NCBI GenBank assembly: GCA_963806185.1
Contig: CAWDXE010000001.1
Coordinates: 320,001 to 384,000, forward strand
Source: an uncultured candidate division Zixibacteria bacterium
Lineage (GTDB): Bacteria; Zixibacteria; MSB-5A5; GN15; FEB-12
Reading direction: 5' to 3'
Length of the DNA: 64,000 bases
Shown here in pieces: positions 29,178-39,786 of this stretch; the first letter of the stretch is position 1, and each line of letters begins with the position of its first letter. The notes beneath the pieces were generated by a model. That model worked only from the letters and a program-made list of their open reading frames with translations, did no database searches and was not told the DNA's origin. The position numbers and the translations under genes were made by a program.

Positions 29178-30371
29178 CTATCTTATGCCGTGAGCCTGAT
29201 ATACCGAATCGGCCCAAATCCACGATGAGTACTCAATAGGTTCATGCAGCGCCGTCCGTTCAAAGCAGAATCCGATGATCTTTCCATCATTGTTCCGCAA
29301 CGCCGCGCCGGAGTCTCCCGGAGATGTCACCGCGTTGGTGTAAATCCGCTTCTGGACTGTCGGTTGCCGCGACAGCAGCGCTTTGTCGGACCCCTGGACA
29401 TACGTGGAGGTCGCTCCTGAGGCGATACCCTCGAAGTGAACTTGGTCCGACGGAGGGACGAATTGTCCTCGTAACGGCATGGATGGCCCCGTGTGCCCCG
29501 GAGGCTTGCTCGGGTCAAATTCAACCAGACAACTGTCGCTAATGACGTCGTCAGAGACTACTGTGCCACGGTGACCGTTTGCGCCTCCAAGCGGCGTCAG
29601 GATCACTTGCGCTCCCTTCAGGGAATTTTGAAGATCGGTACTGATACCGTGCCGGCAGCAAGTGGCTACAAGTCTACCGTCCCCCAGTGGCTCGATGACC
29701 CCCAGGGTTGAGGCTGTACCCACCGCAGCGGCAGGCTCAACTCGCATTGCCGGAGTAGGAACGGAGGTGCCTATGGTACGAGGTTTGTGGAAGAATAAGA
29801 TGCCCATCGGGATTGTCCGAATGGCATCGCGCACCATGGTACTATTGAAGATCGAAAGCGCGCGGGACTCCGGCGCCAGCCGCTGAGGTCGTTCCCCGGC
29901 CCGCCAACGGGCGTTGTCCTCCGCCGACAAGAGGCCACTGTCACGCTGAAAGTTCTGGACGCCCAGCGAAATCTCAATTTCCGACAATGTGGCCGGGACC
30001 GCGACCACGGCCGGCGACAAGCGAGTTTCAGGCGGAGTGAGAACAACCAGGTCATACCGAAGGTGCCCACCCGTACGATGCGCCACGACAATGAGGTCGG
30101 GGCTGTCCTTCGCACCCAATGACAAATTGAGTTCGGCCAGCAGGCGAGCGAACCAGCGAGTGCTGACGATCGCGCCCCATGACAACGAGAGAAGCGTAGA
30201 TTCCGTGTGCGATTCCCTCCCTATGAGCGGGTACATGGTTCCGAAAGCTTCGGTAGCCCGGATGGTAAAGGGGTCCCTTGCCTCGCCGACCGAGGCCAGA
30301 TAGTTCGACGCCAGAGCTTCAAGAGATCGTGATCCGGTTGGTCCTTCTAATCGTATAGACATGCTCGACAA
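29178..30371 (-). CDS. trypsin-like (clan PA) serine protease with uncharacterised N-terminal domain, no signal peptide
   Basis: Triad motifs ATCCRHG, SDSCLV and SPGDSGAAL..GKIIG in the C-terminal half; start may be ATG at 30362. Confidence 0.8.
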   Translation of the reverse strand: MSSMSIRLEGPTGSRSLEALASNYLASVGEARDPFTIRATEAFGTMYPLIGRESHTESTLLSLSWGAIVSTRWFARLLAELNLSLGAKDSPDLIVVAHRTGGHLRYDLVVLTPPETRLSPAVVAVPATLSEIEISLGVQNFQRDSGLLSAEDNARWRAGERPQRLAPESRALSIFNSTMVRDAIRTIPMGILFFHKPRTIGTSVPTPAMRVEPAAAVGTASTLGVIEPLGDGRLVATCCRHGISTDLQNSLKGAQVILTPLGGANGHRGTVVSDDVISDSCLVEFDPSKPPGHTGPSMPLRGQFVPPSDQVHFEGIASGATSTYVQGSDKALLSRQPTVQKRIYTNAVTSPGDSGAALRNNDGKIIGFCFERTALHEPIEYSSWIWADSVYQAHGIR

Positions 30372-30912
30372 CGCTCCGTATTGAAGGTCGCTGTTCCGTA
30401 TTCTGACCCTCCCACGGGAAAATCAAATTCTCGTGTCAATGATGGGTTGGCGTCCCGACAGCGGAGGGCGACACTGGGGCAACCTGCACATTACCGTGCA
30501 GGCGCCGGGTCAAAGGAGATAATATGGTGAAGCACTGTCAAAACCGGGCAGTCTGGTGAACCCGGCTCCTCGAGATTATGTCTCGTCGGTCAAAAAATAG
30601 ATCGTGCAAGTCCATCGTTAGCAACGCCTTGAGAAAGGCATCGCCTTGACCGCTGGGGCAAGCCTCCACAGGGTGGATTTTCACACCGGCAAACCGACCC
30701 CACCACCCCCTCCCAATCTTGCCGCTTTCGTGCGGCGCGCAAGGAGCCGTTCCTGGGGACGCAGCGGCGGAGCGCACCAACCCGCTGACTTACCGTCAAC
30801 TCGGACTGTTTGGCCAATTTGCCGCAGCCGGGAACACGGTTCAGAGTTCGATTGTACTTCCCTAGTCAATTACATTATTTGACAACGTCCCAAGTGCAGG
30901 AATGATAATCGG

Positions 30913-32655
30913 ATGGCTGAAAGTACAATTCGCGCCCTTCGCGGAGGGGCCAGAGCGCTTCTTTACTATCCTCGCCGAGTCGGGTGGATCGATCTGTTAC
31001 TTTTCGGATTGTTCCTCGGCCTAGGCTACGGGATAATCAGCCTGGCACAGCGTTGGACCGGCGTCTTGCAGACAACGGCCGAAATTGACTTGTCCCTTTC
31101 AGCGCTGCCCAAGTATGCACTCTTCTCCCTTGCCAGGGGCTTGCTGGCGTACGTGCTCTCGCTCATTTTCACACTCGTGTACGGTTACTGGGCGGCTAAG
31201 GACCGAGTGGCCGGCCGCGTACTCATACCACTGCTGGACATTTTGCAGAGTGTTCCCGTGCTCGGTTTCATGCCGGGGCTGGTACTGGCATTGATCGCCC
31301 TCTTCCCGTCGTCCAACATCGGCCTCGAACTGGCGGCGGTGCTGATGATTTTTACCGGTCAAGTATGGAATATGACGTTCAGCTTCTACCATTCACTCTG
31401 CTCGATTCCGTCGGATCAGGAAGAAGTTGCCGCCCTATACCGGTTCAATCGGCGTCAACGATTGTGGTGGGTGGAACTACCGTACGCCACCATGGGATTG
31501 GTATGGAACAGCATGATGAGCATGGCCGGCGGCTGGTTCTTCCTGATGATCAGTGAAACGTTTGTCCTTGGCCAACACGATTTTCGCCTCCCGGGTATTG
31601 GGTCCTACATGAGTCTGGCCGTGGCCCGGGGAGACGCCTATGCCATGATCCTTGCCATCGTCACCATGATCATCATGATTGTCGCGCTCGACCAACTGCT
31701 CTGGCGGCCGGTCGTGGCCTGGGCGCAAAAATTCCGAATCGAAGAGGCAAGTCAGGAAATTGGTGTGAAGTCCTGGTTTTTGGACTGGCTGCATCATTCG
31801 CACATTCTCCCCTGGTTCGGGCGACGTCTGCGGGCCTTTCGATGGCCGTCAAAGGCGAACTGGCGAATTCGGGCTCGTGAGGCCACTTCGGTGTGGACTT
31901 CCAGTTCCGCTCGAATGTTCTCTATGACGGTCATGCTGGCGCTTGGCGTGTGCGGACTGGTGGGTGCATTCAAGATATGGAAACTGGTGAACCACGTCTC
32001 GGGCGATGAATGGATGACAATATGCTTCTCGGCAGCCCTTACCCTCGTGCGCGTGCTGGCCGCCGTGGCCATCGGCACCCTTTGGGCGTTGCCGGCCGGT
32101 CTGTTGATTGGACTCTCTCCCCGACTGTCGAGGGTGTTGCAGCCGGTCGTGCAGGTATTTGCCTCGTTTCCGGCCCCCATGCTTTTTCCTGCCGCCGTCG
32201 CGGTCATGAGCGCCCTGCACGTACAACTCGGATGGGGGAGCATCGTCCTATTGCTTTTGGGTACACAGTGGTACATCCTGTTCAATGTTGTCGCCGGCGC
32301 CATGGCGATCCCAAGTGATTTGCGCGAGACGGCACGAAGCTACCGGCTGACGCGATGGCAGAGACTGGTCCATCTGTACATACCGGCGATTTTCCCTCAT
32401 CTGGTGACCGGCTGGGTGACGGCGGCGGGCGGCGGCTGGAACGCGAGCATTGTTGCTGAATTCGTGGCCTTCAAAGGAGCGGTGATTGAGACGACCGGAC
32501 TGGGCGCGCTGATCAGCCGGGCCGCGGTGAGCGCCGACTTCCCGGTCCTCGCGGCAGCAATTTCAGTGATGGCCATACTGGTGGTTTCTTTCAACCGTAT
32601 CGTGTGGCGACGACTGTATAACGCGGCCCAGGGTCGATTCACCATTGGCCGCTGA
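30913..32655 (+). CDS. NitT/TauT-family ABC transporter permease (duplicated TM module)
   Basis: LLDILQSVPVLGF, WNMTFSFYHSL, MSMAGGWFFL, GGGWNASIVAE. Confidence 0.9.
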   Translation: MAESTIRALRGGARALLYYPRRVGWIDLLLFGLFLGLGYGIISLAQRWTGVLQTTAEIDLSLSALPKYALFSLARGLLAYVLSLIFTLVYGYWAAKDRVAGRVLIPLLDILQSVPVLGFMPGLVLALIALFPSSNIGLELAAVLMIFTGQVWNMTFSFYHSLCSIPSDQEEVAALYRFNRRQRLWWVELPYATMGLVWNSMMSMAGGWFFLMISETFVLGQHDFRLPGIGSYMSLAVARGDAYAMILAIVTMIIMIVALDQLLWRPVVAWAQKFRIEEASQEIGVKSWFLDWLHHSHILPWFGRRLRAFRWPSKANWRIRAREATSVWTSSSARMFSMTVMLALGVCGLVGAFKIWKLVNHVSGDEWMTICFSAALTLVRVLAAVAIGTLWALPAGLLIGLSPRLSRVLQPVVQVFASFPAPMLFPAAVAVMSALHVQLGWGSIVLLLLGTQWYILFNVVAGAMAIPSDLRETARSYRLTRWQRLVHLYIPAIFPHLVTGWVTAAGGGWNASIVAEFVAFKGAVIETTGLGALISRAAVSADFPVLAAAISVMAILVVSFNRIVWRRLYNAAQGRFTIGR

Positions 32656-32673
32656 CGTGAGGAGATTGGTGAC

Positions 32674-33990
32674 GTGAACGAAACGGCGATCACAGGCAAC
32701 GCCATCGAGACCTTGTGCGAGCTGCGCGGCGTCTCTCACGCGTATCATTTGCCCAACGGGCAAACCATGCAGGTGCTGGACAATATCGATCTGGCCGTCC
32801 GCTCTAACGAGATCCTCGCCCTGCTTGGGCCATCCGGTTGCGGCAAATCGACCATCTTGCGCATCCTCGCGGGACTGATCCGCCCGAGTCGAGGCGAAGT
32901 CCTCTATCGGGGGCAGATCATGACCGGTCTTAATCCTGGCCTGGCCATGGTCTTTCAGAGTTTCGCGCTCTATCCCTGGATGACGGTGCGCGAGAATATC
33001 GAAACCGTCCTCAAGGCCAAAGATCTGCCAAGCGCGGATAGGGAAGCACAAATTCAATTTGTCATCCGTATGGTCGGCCTCACTGGTTTCGAGGATACGT
33101 ATCCGCGGGAATTGTCCGGCGGCATGAAACAGCGTGTCGGCATTGCACGAGCACTTTCGGTCAATCCCGAGATTCTCTTCATGGATGAGCCGTTCAGTCA
33201 GGTCGACGCTCTGACGGCCGAGAGTCTGCGTGCGGAAGTCACCGATATCTGGGCGATGAAGGATCACCACTTGCGATCGATCCTGATGGTCAGCCATGAT
33301 ATCAAAGAAGTCGCCTACATGGCGGACCGGATCATCATTCTCGGCACCAAGCCGGGACGGGTGAAAACCGTGGTAGAAAACCCACTCCTCCGGCCGCGCG
33401 ACTATCGGTCACCCGAGTTCCTGCAACTGGTGGACAAGCTGCACGACTTCATTTCGGGCGTGGAGATGCCCGACCTGCCGTCAAACCTCCCCGAACCGGA
33501 AACGGTGGGCATTCAGCCGCTGCCTATTGCTCAGGCCATTGAAATCATCGGCTTGCTTGAGTATCTCGACGCGCGCGGCGGCAGGGATGATTTGTTCCGC
33601 ATTGCGGCCGACACCAATCGCCCCTTCGGGCGAATAATCTCGGTCGTGAAGGCGGCGGAGATGCTCAACTTCGTGGACACCCCGAGGCGATCAGTCATCA
33701 TTGAACCATTGGGCATCCAATTTGTCAGAGCCGGAGCCGCCGCTCGCACGGCCATCTGGCAGGCCCAGCTCATGAAGATTCTGCTTTTCCGTCGGGTCCG
33801 GGAGCGATTGGAGAAGTCGGAGAATCACGAGCTCGACCGCGACGACATAGTAGACATTTTCGTGCTCCACCTGCCGCAAGAAAATCACGAGGAGCAATTC
33901 GAAGCGTTTGTTGCCTGGGGACGGTTCGGGGGATTATTTTCGTATGATGAGGACGAGCGTCGGCTCCGCCTGCCGTCGGAAAATGTCTGA
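32674..33990 (+). CDS. NitT/TauT-family ABC ATPase with C-terminal AAA-associated domain
   Basis: [22 protein letters not shown]-terminal extension ending [11 protein letters not shown]. Confidence 0.92.
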   Translation: MNETAITGNAIETLCELRGVSHAYHLPNGQTMQVLDNIDLAVRSNEILALLGPSGCGKSTILRILAGLIRPSRGEVLYRGQIMTGLNPGLAMVFQSFALYPWMTVRENIETVLKAKDLPSADREAQIQFVIRMVGLTGFEDTYPRELSGGMKQRVGIARALSVNPEILFMDEPFSQVDALTAESLRAEVTDIWAMKDHHLRSILMVSHDIKEVAYMADRIIILGTKPGRVKTVVENPLLRPRDYRSPEFLQLVDKLHDFISGVEMPDLPSNLPEPETVGIQPLPIAQAIEIIGLLEYLDARGGRDDLFRIAADTNRPFGRIISVVKAAEMLNFVDTPRRSVIIEPLGIQFVRAGAAARTAIWQAQLMKILLFRRVRERLEKSENHELDRDDIVDIFVLHLPQENHEEQFEAFVAWGRFGGLFSYDEDERRLRLPSENV

Positions 33991-33998
33991 TTGACGAT

Positions 33999-34913
33999 CT
34001 ACCAGCGCTTATACCGCCAGATCCATATCATGGTGAAGACGGACAGCAGAGCCAGACCCATGATGATCCAGAAGGCATAGGAATACTCGGACAGGGGGAT
34101 CCGTACGTTCATCGAGAACGCGCTGACCACCAGGGTCGGCACCATGATGCTGAGCATGATCAGGTTAAGCGTCTTCATCAACACGTTCAGATTATTGCCG
34201 ACGATTGACGCCCGGGCGTCCATGAGCGACGCCAGAATGTCGGAGTAGATCTTCGCCTGCTTGAGGCACTGGGCGTTTTCAATCATGGTGTCGTCGAGAA
34301 TCTCCAACTCATCGACACTGAATCCGATCTTCCCGGCGTGCATGCGGAGCTTCTCCAACAGGGCCTGGTTTGAATTCAGCGAATTGAGATAATACACGAG
34401 ACTCTTCTGCAACGCGAAGAGGTTGATCAGGTGCCGATTTTCCATCGATTTGTTGATCTTGTCCTGGAGATCGTCGGAAATACGCGCGATCACCTTGATG
34501 TGATCACGGAAATGCACGATCGAGCGGAAGATCATTTTCAGAATCAGGCCGGTAGGCGAGAAAATCCGATTGAATTGCACACCGTCAAACAGCGGCACAT
34601 CTTCGGAGACGACGATGATCAATTGCTCTTTGAACAAGAAGACGCCGGTCGACCCGACCTTGAACAAGAACTGATCCTGAACGGAGTAGTTCTTGGGACG
34701 CTTGAAAATGATCGCCATGTGCTCGGGTTCGAACTCCAGTCGTGACAGCTCGTCGGGGTCGAGCGCGGAGTTCAACGTGTGCTCATCGAGTTTCAGATCA
34801 TCGACCAGGTACCGCTTCTCGGATTCTTCCGGGTTGATGTAGATCGATACCTGACCTGGTCCGTCGGTCACCTGGATCAACTTCCGATCAGCAATCTGAA
34901 ATCGGCTCTGCAT
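33999..34913 (-). CDS. corA: CorA family magnesium transporter
   Basis: ALDPDELSRLE, NNLNVLMKTL, two C-terminal TM with SMN variant of GMN. Confidence 0.88.
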   Translation of the reverse strand: MQSRFQIADRKLIQVTDGPGQVSIYINPEESEKRYLVDDLKLDEHTLNSALDPDELSRLEFEPEHMAIIFKRPKNYSVQDQFLFKVGSTGVFLFKEQLIIVVSEDVPLFDGVQFNRIFSPTGLILKMIFRSIVHFRDHIKVIARISDDLQDKINKSMENRHLINLFALQKSLVYYLNSLNSNQALLEKLRMHAGKIGFSVDELEILDDTMIENAQCLKQAKIYSDILASLMDARASIVGNNLNVLMKTLNLIMLSIMVPTLVVSAFSMNVRIPLSEYSYAFWIIMGLALLSVFTMIWIWRYKRW

Positions 34914-35031
34914 GATATATTCCCTTATTCACGCCGGCGGGCACTCACAGCCCGCCTTTCTCTAATACTAATCGGTCGATCGACCAAAGTAAACTACCTA
35001 ATTCCGATGGTGAATTGCATTCGTGAGAGAA

Positions 35032-35856
35032 TCACGTCAGTCTTATACCCCCCGACTCGGTGCAACTCAGAATGCCCTCTTTGACCAGGTTTTCAATGGC
35101 CTGGCGGATGTCGGCCTCAGGCCGGCCGAGTTTTCGGCCAAGCTGCTGTTGAGAAAGTCGCTCGCCGGCTACCAGGCGCCGCACTATTTCGCCTCGAATC
35201 TGCCGGAGCGATCCATCGAACCGGGAATGGCGCGAGACGGGCGGAAGATCTGCAATACGCCGGGGAAGCGCAAGGGCCGAGTAATCCATCAGGGCATTGT
35301 GCCAATCCCTTGATCGTTTGCGTGGCAGCAGTAGTTCGGCCAGCCGCTCGATGTCCGGCGCGGCGGTTTCTGCCGGCAAGCCGAACTCGATGAGAATGAC
35401 CCGGCGGATATTGGTGTCGACAGTCACCAGCGGAGCATTGTGGGCAAAGATCATGATCGCTTTGGCGGTATACGGACCGATACCCGGCAACTGCATCAGA
35501 GTCGCCGCATCACCGGGAAGTACTCCATTGTGCTTGCTGGCAACCTCCCGGGCCAATTTCCCCAGGAAAAGAGCACGTCGATTATATCCGAGCCCGCTCC
35601 ACAGCGCGAGCAATTCGCCATTAGAGGCTTTGGCCAGACTTCGCCAATCCGGCCACGTCGCCACCCATCGCTCCCAAAACGGCAGCACTCTGTCGACCTG
35701 CGTCTGCTGAAGCATGATTTCGGCAACGGCGATCTTGTATGGGTCGGTGGTGTCCCGGAAAGGAAGCTTGCGACCGTGCCGGCGGTAGAAACTAAGGATT
35801 TTCCGACGGAAGGCAGCAATCTGTGGTTTCGTGGGTGAAATCCTCTTACTCGGCAT
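35032..35856 (-). CDS. HhH-GPD DNA glycosylase, MutY-like, lacking Fe-S cysteines, with C-terminal HTH-like tail
   Basis: EIMLQQTQVDRV, WSGLGYNRRA, LPGIGPYTA, VDTNIRR. Confidence 0.85.
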   Translation of the reverse strand: MPSKRISPTKPQIAAFRRKILSFYRRHGRKLPFRDTTDPYKIAVAEIMLQQTQVDRVLPFWERWVATWPDWRSLAKASNGELLALWSGLGYNRRALFLGKLAREVASKHNGVLPGDAATLMQLPGIGPYTAKAIMIFAHNAPLVTVDTNIRRVILIEFGLPAETAAPDIERLAELLLPRKRSRDWHNALMDYSALALPRRIADLPPVSRHSRFDGSLRQIRGEIVRRLVAGERLSQQQLGRKLGRPEADIRQAIENLVKEGILSCTESGGIRLT

Positions 35857-37252
35857 GGGCTCCACGCTCGCGGCTTTCGATTGACCAGGCGGCCGTCAGG
35901 GCAAAAAAGAGAGCCATCAGATACCCCTCCTGTCCCCAGGTCCACGCCCGAGTATAGAAGATAGTGATGGCGAAAATAAACATGGTGATGAACAACGCCG
36001 CTGAAACCTGGCTATCGGCAACCGTAAGCGAGCGACGAAAGAACTCACGCGCCAGTGTATATCCACGAAAAGTAAGCGCCAGCAGGGCGCCCAGACCGAG
36101 GATACCGGTTTCGGCCAGGTAGTGCAGGACGACGTTGTGCGCCGACATACCGCGGATGTAGTACCAGACCGGTTCAGCGCGAAGTTCAGGAATGATTTGA
36201 TCGATAATCCGATAATTGCCAATACCTATTCCAGTCAACGGATTTGTCAGGAAACCTAGCCAGGCGGCCTTCCAGAGAACTAAACGCAGAGCCACGGTTC
36301 CCTGAGGACGTTCGGCCGAGGCGACGAACTCTCCCACGCGGCCGAAAAACCCAAAGAAATAGGCGGCTACGGGGATGAAGGCCAGAAGGCCGACTATCAC
36401 GGTGATGGCAACCATGGTCTGGATCCGCAGCCCGGGAAGCCTGGTGCCTTCTCGCTGCAGCTTACGGCGTGCAAACAGCAGTAGGGCCGGCACGGCGATA
36501 ACGACGGTCAGCAGAGGCGCCCGCGATTGCGTGGCGAAGATCGCAAAGAGAATCAGCAACGCCGCCATCAGAAACCGGAACTGCTCTGCTTTTGACCGCG
36601 CCCAGATGCCGAAGGCGAGCGACATCGGGAGCGCCGTCAAGGACAGAATTTCGAACGCCAGCCAGGCGGGCCCGAACACTCGCTGCTTGCCCGCGGTAAG
36701 CGCAAACCAGACGCAGTTGACCACCGAGAGCACGACGACAAATCCAATGTAGAACAGCAGAACTCGCCGCACTCCCGTCTGGCGAACGACGACAAAAATC
36801 GATCGGAAAGCCAGGTAGACTACAACTATGCGCACCGACGGGACGACGGACATGGCCGGATCGTGGGCGAAGGCGGCCGAGACAAACGTCGCGCCGATCA
36901 AGAGAGCAAAAGGAATGTCCAGAGGTGTGAAGCACACCGTCGCGCGTACGTGGAGAAGGTAATCGAGCACCACCGCCGCCAACAGAAGCGCGAATGCAAA
37001 ATCGCAGGCCATGGGGACAAGGCTCCCCACGGTGAGCAGCCCGTAATACGACGCCAAGGAGAGTATCAACAGATAAAGACAACCCTCCGGAAACGTCACG
37101 ATCAGCACGGCCGGGATGGCCAGCACGGCCAGCGCCGGGATCGATTTTCCCAAGGCCAGCAGTGCAATAGCCGGCAGGAGCCAACAAATGATGGTCAGCC
37201 ATAGGGCCGAGCGGGTGGAAACTTGAGGCTGGGTTATCGTTCCTTGCACCAT
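35846..37252 (-). CDS. O-antigen ligase (Wzy_C) family membrane protein
   Basis: Many TM segments; TQSRA, RLVLWKAA, NPLTGIGIGN, AHNVVLHYLAETGILG. Start trimmed to the ATG at 37252. Confidence 0.88.
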   Translation of the reverse strand: MVQGTITQPQVSTRSALWLTIICWLLPAIALLALGKSIPALAVLAIPAVLIVTFPEGCLYLLILSLASYYGLLTVGSLVPMACDFAFALLLAAVVLDYLLHVRATVCFTPLDIPFALLIGATFVSAAFAHDPAMSVVPSVRIVVVYLAFRSIFVVVRQTGVRRVLLFYIGFVVVLSVVNCVWFALTAGKQRVFGPAWLAFEILSLTALPMSLAFGIWARSKAEQFRFLMAALLILFAIFATQSRAPLLTVVIAVPALLLFARRKLQREGTRLPGLRIQTMVAITVIVGLLAFIPVAAYFFGFFGRVGEFVASAERPQGTVALRLVLWKAAWLGFLTNPLTGIGIGNYRIIDQIIPELRAEPVWYYIRGMSAHNVVLHYLAETGILGLGALLALTFRGYTLAREFFRRSLTVADSQVSAALFITMFIFAITIFYTRAWTWGQEGYLMALFFALTAAWSIESRERGAHAE

Positions 37253-37351
37253 GGGTATACCTGACTCCAAGTATACGCCCCGGGTTGGGTGAATCGCAAG
37301 GCTCGAGTCCGGATAGAGACCGGGTAAACCCACCTTTTTTTCCGCCCCCGA

Positions 37352-38308
37352 TTGCCGATACAGTGCAGGAACATTCTTTCGGAGACACTCGTGCAGCGTT
37401 ATCGCCACTATGAACTGACGGCTCTTCTGGGGGACGGCAAAACCGGTCGCACTTGGCAAGCCCTTGATACGGGATTTGAGAAGCCGGTGACGCTGAAGTT
37501 CCTGTCCCGTCCCTTGACTGAGTCCGCAAGTCAGTGGTTGGCGACCGTGTCCGATCTGGCCAATGGGTATCGCACCGGTCTGGCGCCTTTGTTTGGAATC
37601 GAGCAGGATGAAACCGAAACGGTCATTGTGCGCGGCTATATCGACGGCGAGTCGGTCAAAGCTTACTCGCAACGACGGATGTTGTCGTTCGACGAGTTCA
37701 TTGCCCTGGCGATCGCCATGGCGGAGACGGTCAAGAGTTGCCATGATGCCGGATTGATTCACGGCAATCTTACCGCCGACAATTTTATCGTCGCCGACGG
37801 CAATCGGGTATGGGTGACGGACGCCGCGTTGTGGCCGGACGATGCTGCGGAAAATCCTGCGGTCACGCTGGATCGCGACCTTGCCTATGCCGCTCCGGAA
37901 ATGCTCTCAGGCGAGCAACCTACGATATCGTCGGACCTCTATATGCTCGGAGTCGTGTACTATGAGTTACTCACGGGCCGTCTGCCATTTACTCTCGACG
38001 ACCGGCTATATCTGGTCGATTCTATTTTGCACGACGAGCCGAATTTCGAAAATGACGGCACCCTGCGTATGGCCGGCGAGGGCAGATTGATTATTCAGAA
38101 ACTGCTGGCCAAGAGACCGCAGGATCGGTTTTCCTCGACCGATGAATTGCTTGTCAATCTGGAGGCGACGAAACGCTTTCGCCATGGCGAGACGCGCGTC
38201 GATGCTTCAAACTCCGGACGATGGTCGGCCCGACAATACATTTTTGTCGCCGGAGTTGTCGCTCTACTGATTCTGTACTGGGTTATCTACGGCCGGTTCG
38301 TGAAGTAG
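37352..38308 (+). CDS. Hanks-type Ser/Thr kinase-like protein with degenerate catalytic motifs and C-terminal TM
   Basis: GDGKTG, VTLK, HGNLTADN, TDAAL, YAAPE, SDLYMLG, LLAKRPQDRF. Likely start is GTG 37391 after GGAG. Confidence 0.85.
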   Translation: MPIQCRNILSETLVQRYRHYELTALLGDGKTGRTWQALDTGFEKPVTLKFLSRPLTESASQWLATVSDLANGYRTGLAPLFGIEQDETETVIVRGYIDGESVKAYSQRRMLSFDEFIALAIAMAETVKSCHDAGLIHGNLTADNFIVADGNRVWVTDAALWPDDAAENPAVTLDRDLAYAAPEMLSGEQPTISSDLYMLGVVYYELLTGRLPFTLDDRLYLVDSILHDEPNFENDGTLRMAGEGRLIIQKLLAKRPQDRFSSTDELLVNLEATKRFRHGETRVDASNSGRWSARQYIFVAGVVALLILYWVIYGRFVK

Positions 38309-38329
38309 TTGCCGGACCACGCGCCGGCG

Positions 38330-39786
38330 TTAGTCATTTCTCAGCGCCTCAATCGGATCCACTCGGGCCGCCCTGGCGGCCGGATAGAGTCCGGCCAGGA
38401 GAGAGCCGGCCAACCCCACGGTCATCGCCGCGCCGACTAACCACCAGGGAAGGGCAAACAGATCAATCCCTTCGATTCCCTCCCGTGCCATATACGCCTG
38501 CCCAATGAAAGATGCCGCTCGACTGATGATCCACCCCAGTAGAATGCCGAACACCGATCCGGCAGACCAATGACAGCCGATTCCACCAAGAAGAGCAGGC
38601 GGATATCGCGTTGATCAGCACCGAGGGATTTGAGGATACCGATTTCCTTGCGGCGTTCCAGCACGGACATCACCAGGGTGTTTATGATGCCGAGCGAAGC
38701 CGTCACCAGCGCGATGATGCCAATCACCGCAAGAGCCAGATCAAAATAGAAGAAGAACTTCTGTATCTCTTCGAACTGATCGGCGAAACTAAATGACCGG
38801 TACCCCATCGCCTTGATGGAATCAGCCACAAGTCTCTGATCGGCCATGGGATCCAAGTCCAAGGTAATGTGGCCGTAGCTCTTGCCGCTGCCGTTCCCAC
38901 CGGTGCCCAGCAGTCGCCCCGACTGCAGCGCTGCCATGAGCGCCGTCGGGTCATCCAGCACGAGCCCACTGGTGAGGCGTTGAGCGGTGGCGATTGGCAC
39001 CAGAATCGGCGACATGTTGCGTTCCTGCGGCCCGGTGGCGAGAATAACGCCGCAGATCGTCAACGTATCGCTTACCAGGGCTCGGTTATTGAAGAATCCG
39101 CCCAGGAACCGGGACATCGCGTTGTTCAATTCGGTCCGCACGAGTTGGCGAGCGTAGTCGCCTTCAAGCAATGAATCGAAATCGATCTCTTTTACGCGCT
39201 GACGGATATACTTGCGATCGGGTGGCAGCACCTGGGCCAGTCCGCTGTCAACGCTCGACATGCGAACCTGCACCACGAGCTGACGCCCGACTGCTGAGTC
39301 AGCCTTGAGTCCGAATTTGTCCAGCAACCGGTGGTGACAATCGCTTCACGCGACGAGTCCCCGCGGATAGTCGAGCCGGACGTTATCCGAGAAAACCATT
39401 TCATCGCCAGAGCATCGCGAGAGACGGCCTGTGCCTGACTTGTCACCTGTGAGTCGCCAATGGTCACCTGGCCAGTGAAGGCATCAAACGGGTACGCCAG
39501 TCTCACACCCGGCAACGTGACAGCCGGCCCATGACCGCCGAATCGAGGATGGCCAGAGTGTCGGTTCGTTCCGCCTCCTTTTCTCGACGGGATAGACTTG
39601 CATGGTGTGAAAGAGCCCGAGCGCCTCGAACTGGTCAGTCACATACCGTTGATTGCCGGCGCCAAACGAGAGCATGGCAACAAATGTTCCGATGGCCACC
39701 ACCACTCCCGCCACCGTGAGAACGGTACGCAGTTTCATTCGGGTCAGATTCCCCGTCGAGATGGTGATGAGATCACGAAGCGTCAT
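38330..39786 (-). pseudogene. MacB/FtsX-type ABC permease broken into four frames (real pseudogene or sequencing error)
   Basis: KLRTVLTVAGVVVAIG (39484-39786), GIINTLVMSVLERRKEIGILKSLGA (38437-39327) and LYPAARAARVDPIEALR (38330-38554) lie in successive different frames. Confidence 0.8.

Noticed and set aside
26280..30900. Integrative element or prophage at tRNA-Lys
   Set aside because: No integrase and no duplicated tRNA 3' end (att site) found by eye, so it is reported only as a tRNA-adjacent operon.
30540..30900. M-box or other riboswitch upstream of the ABC transporter
   Set aside because: GC-rich hairpins are present, but I could not match the conserved ykoK motifs; an Rfam scan would be needed.
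37253..37762. 170-aa N-terminal extension of the O-antigen ligase ORF
   Set aside because: It is antisense to the kinase-like gene; the ATG at 37252 is the plausible start.
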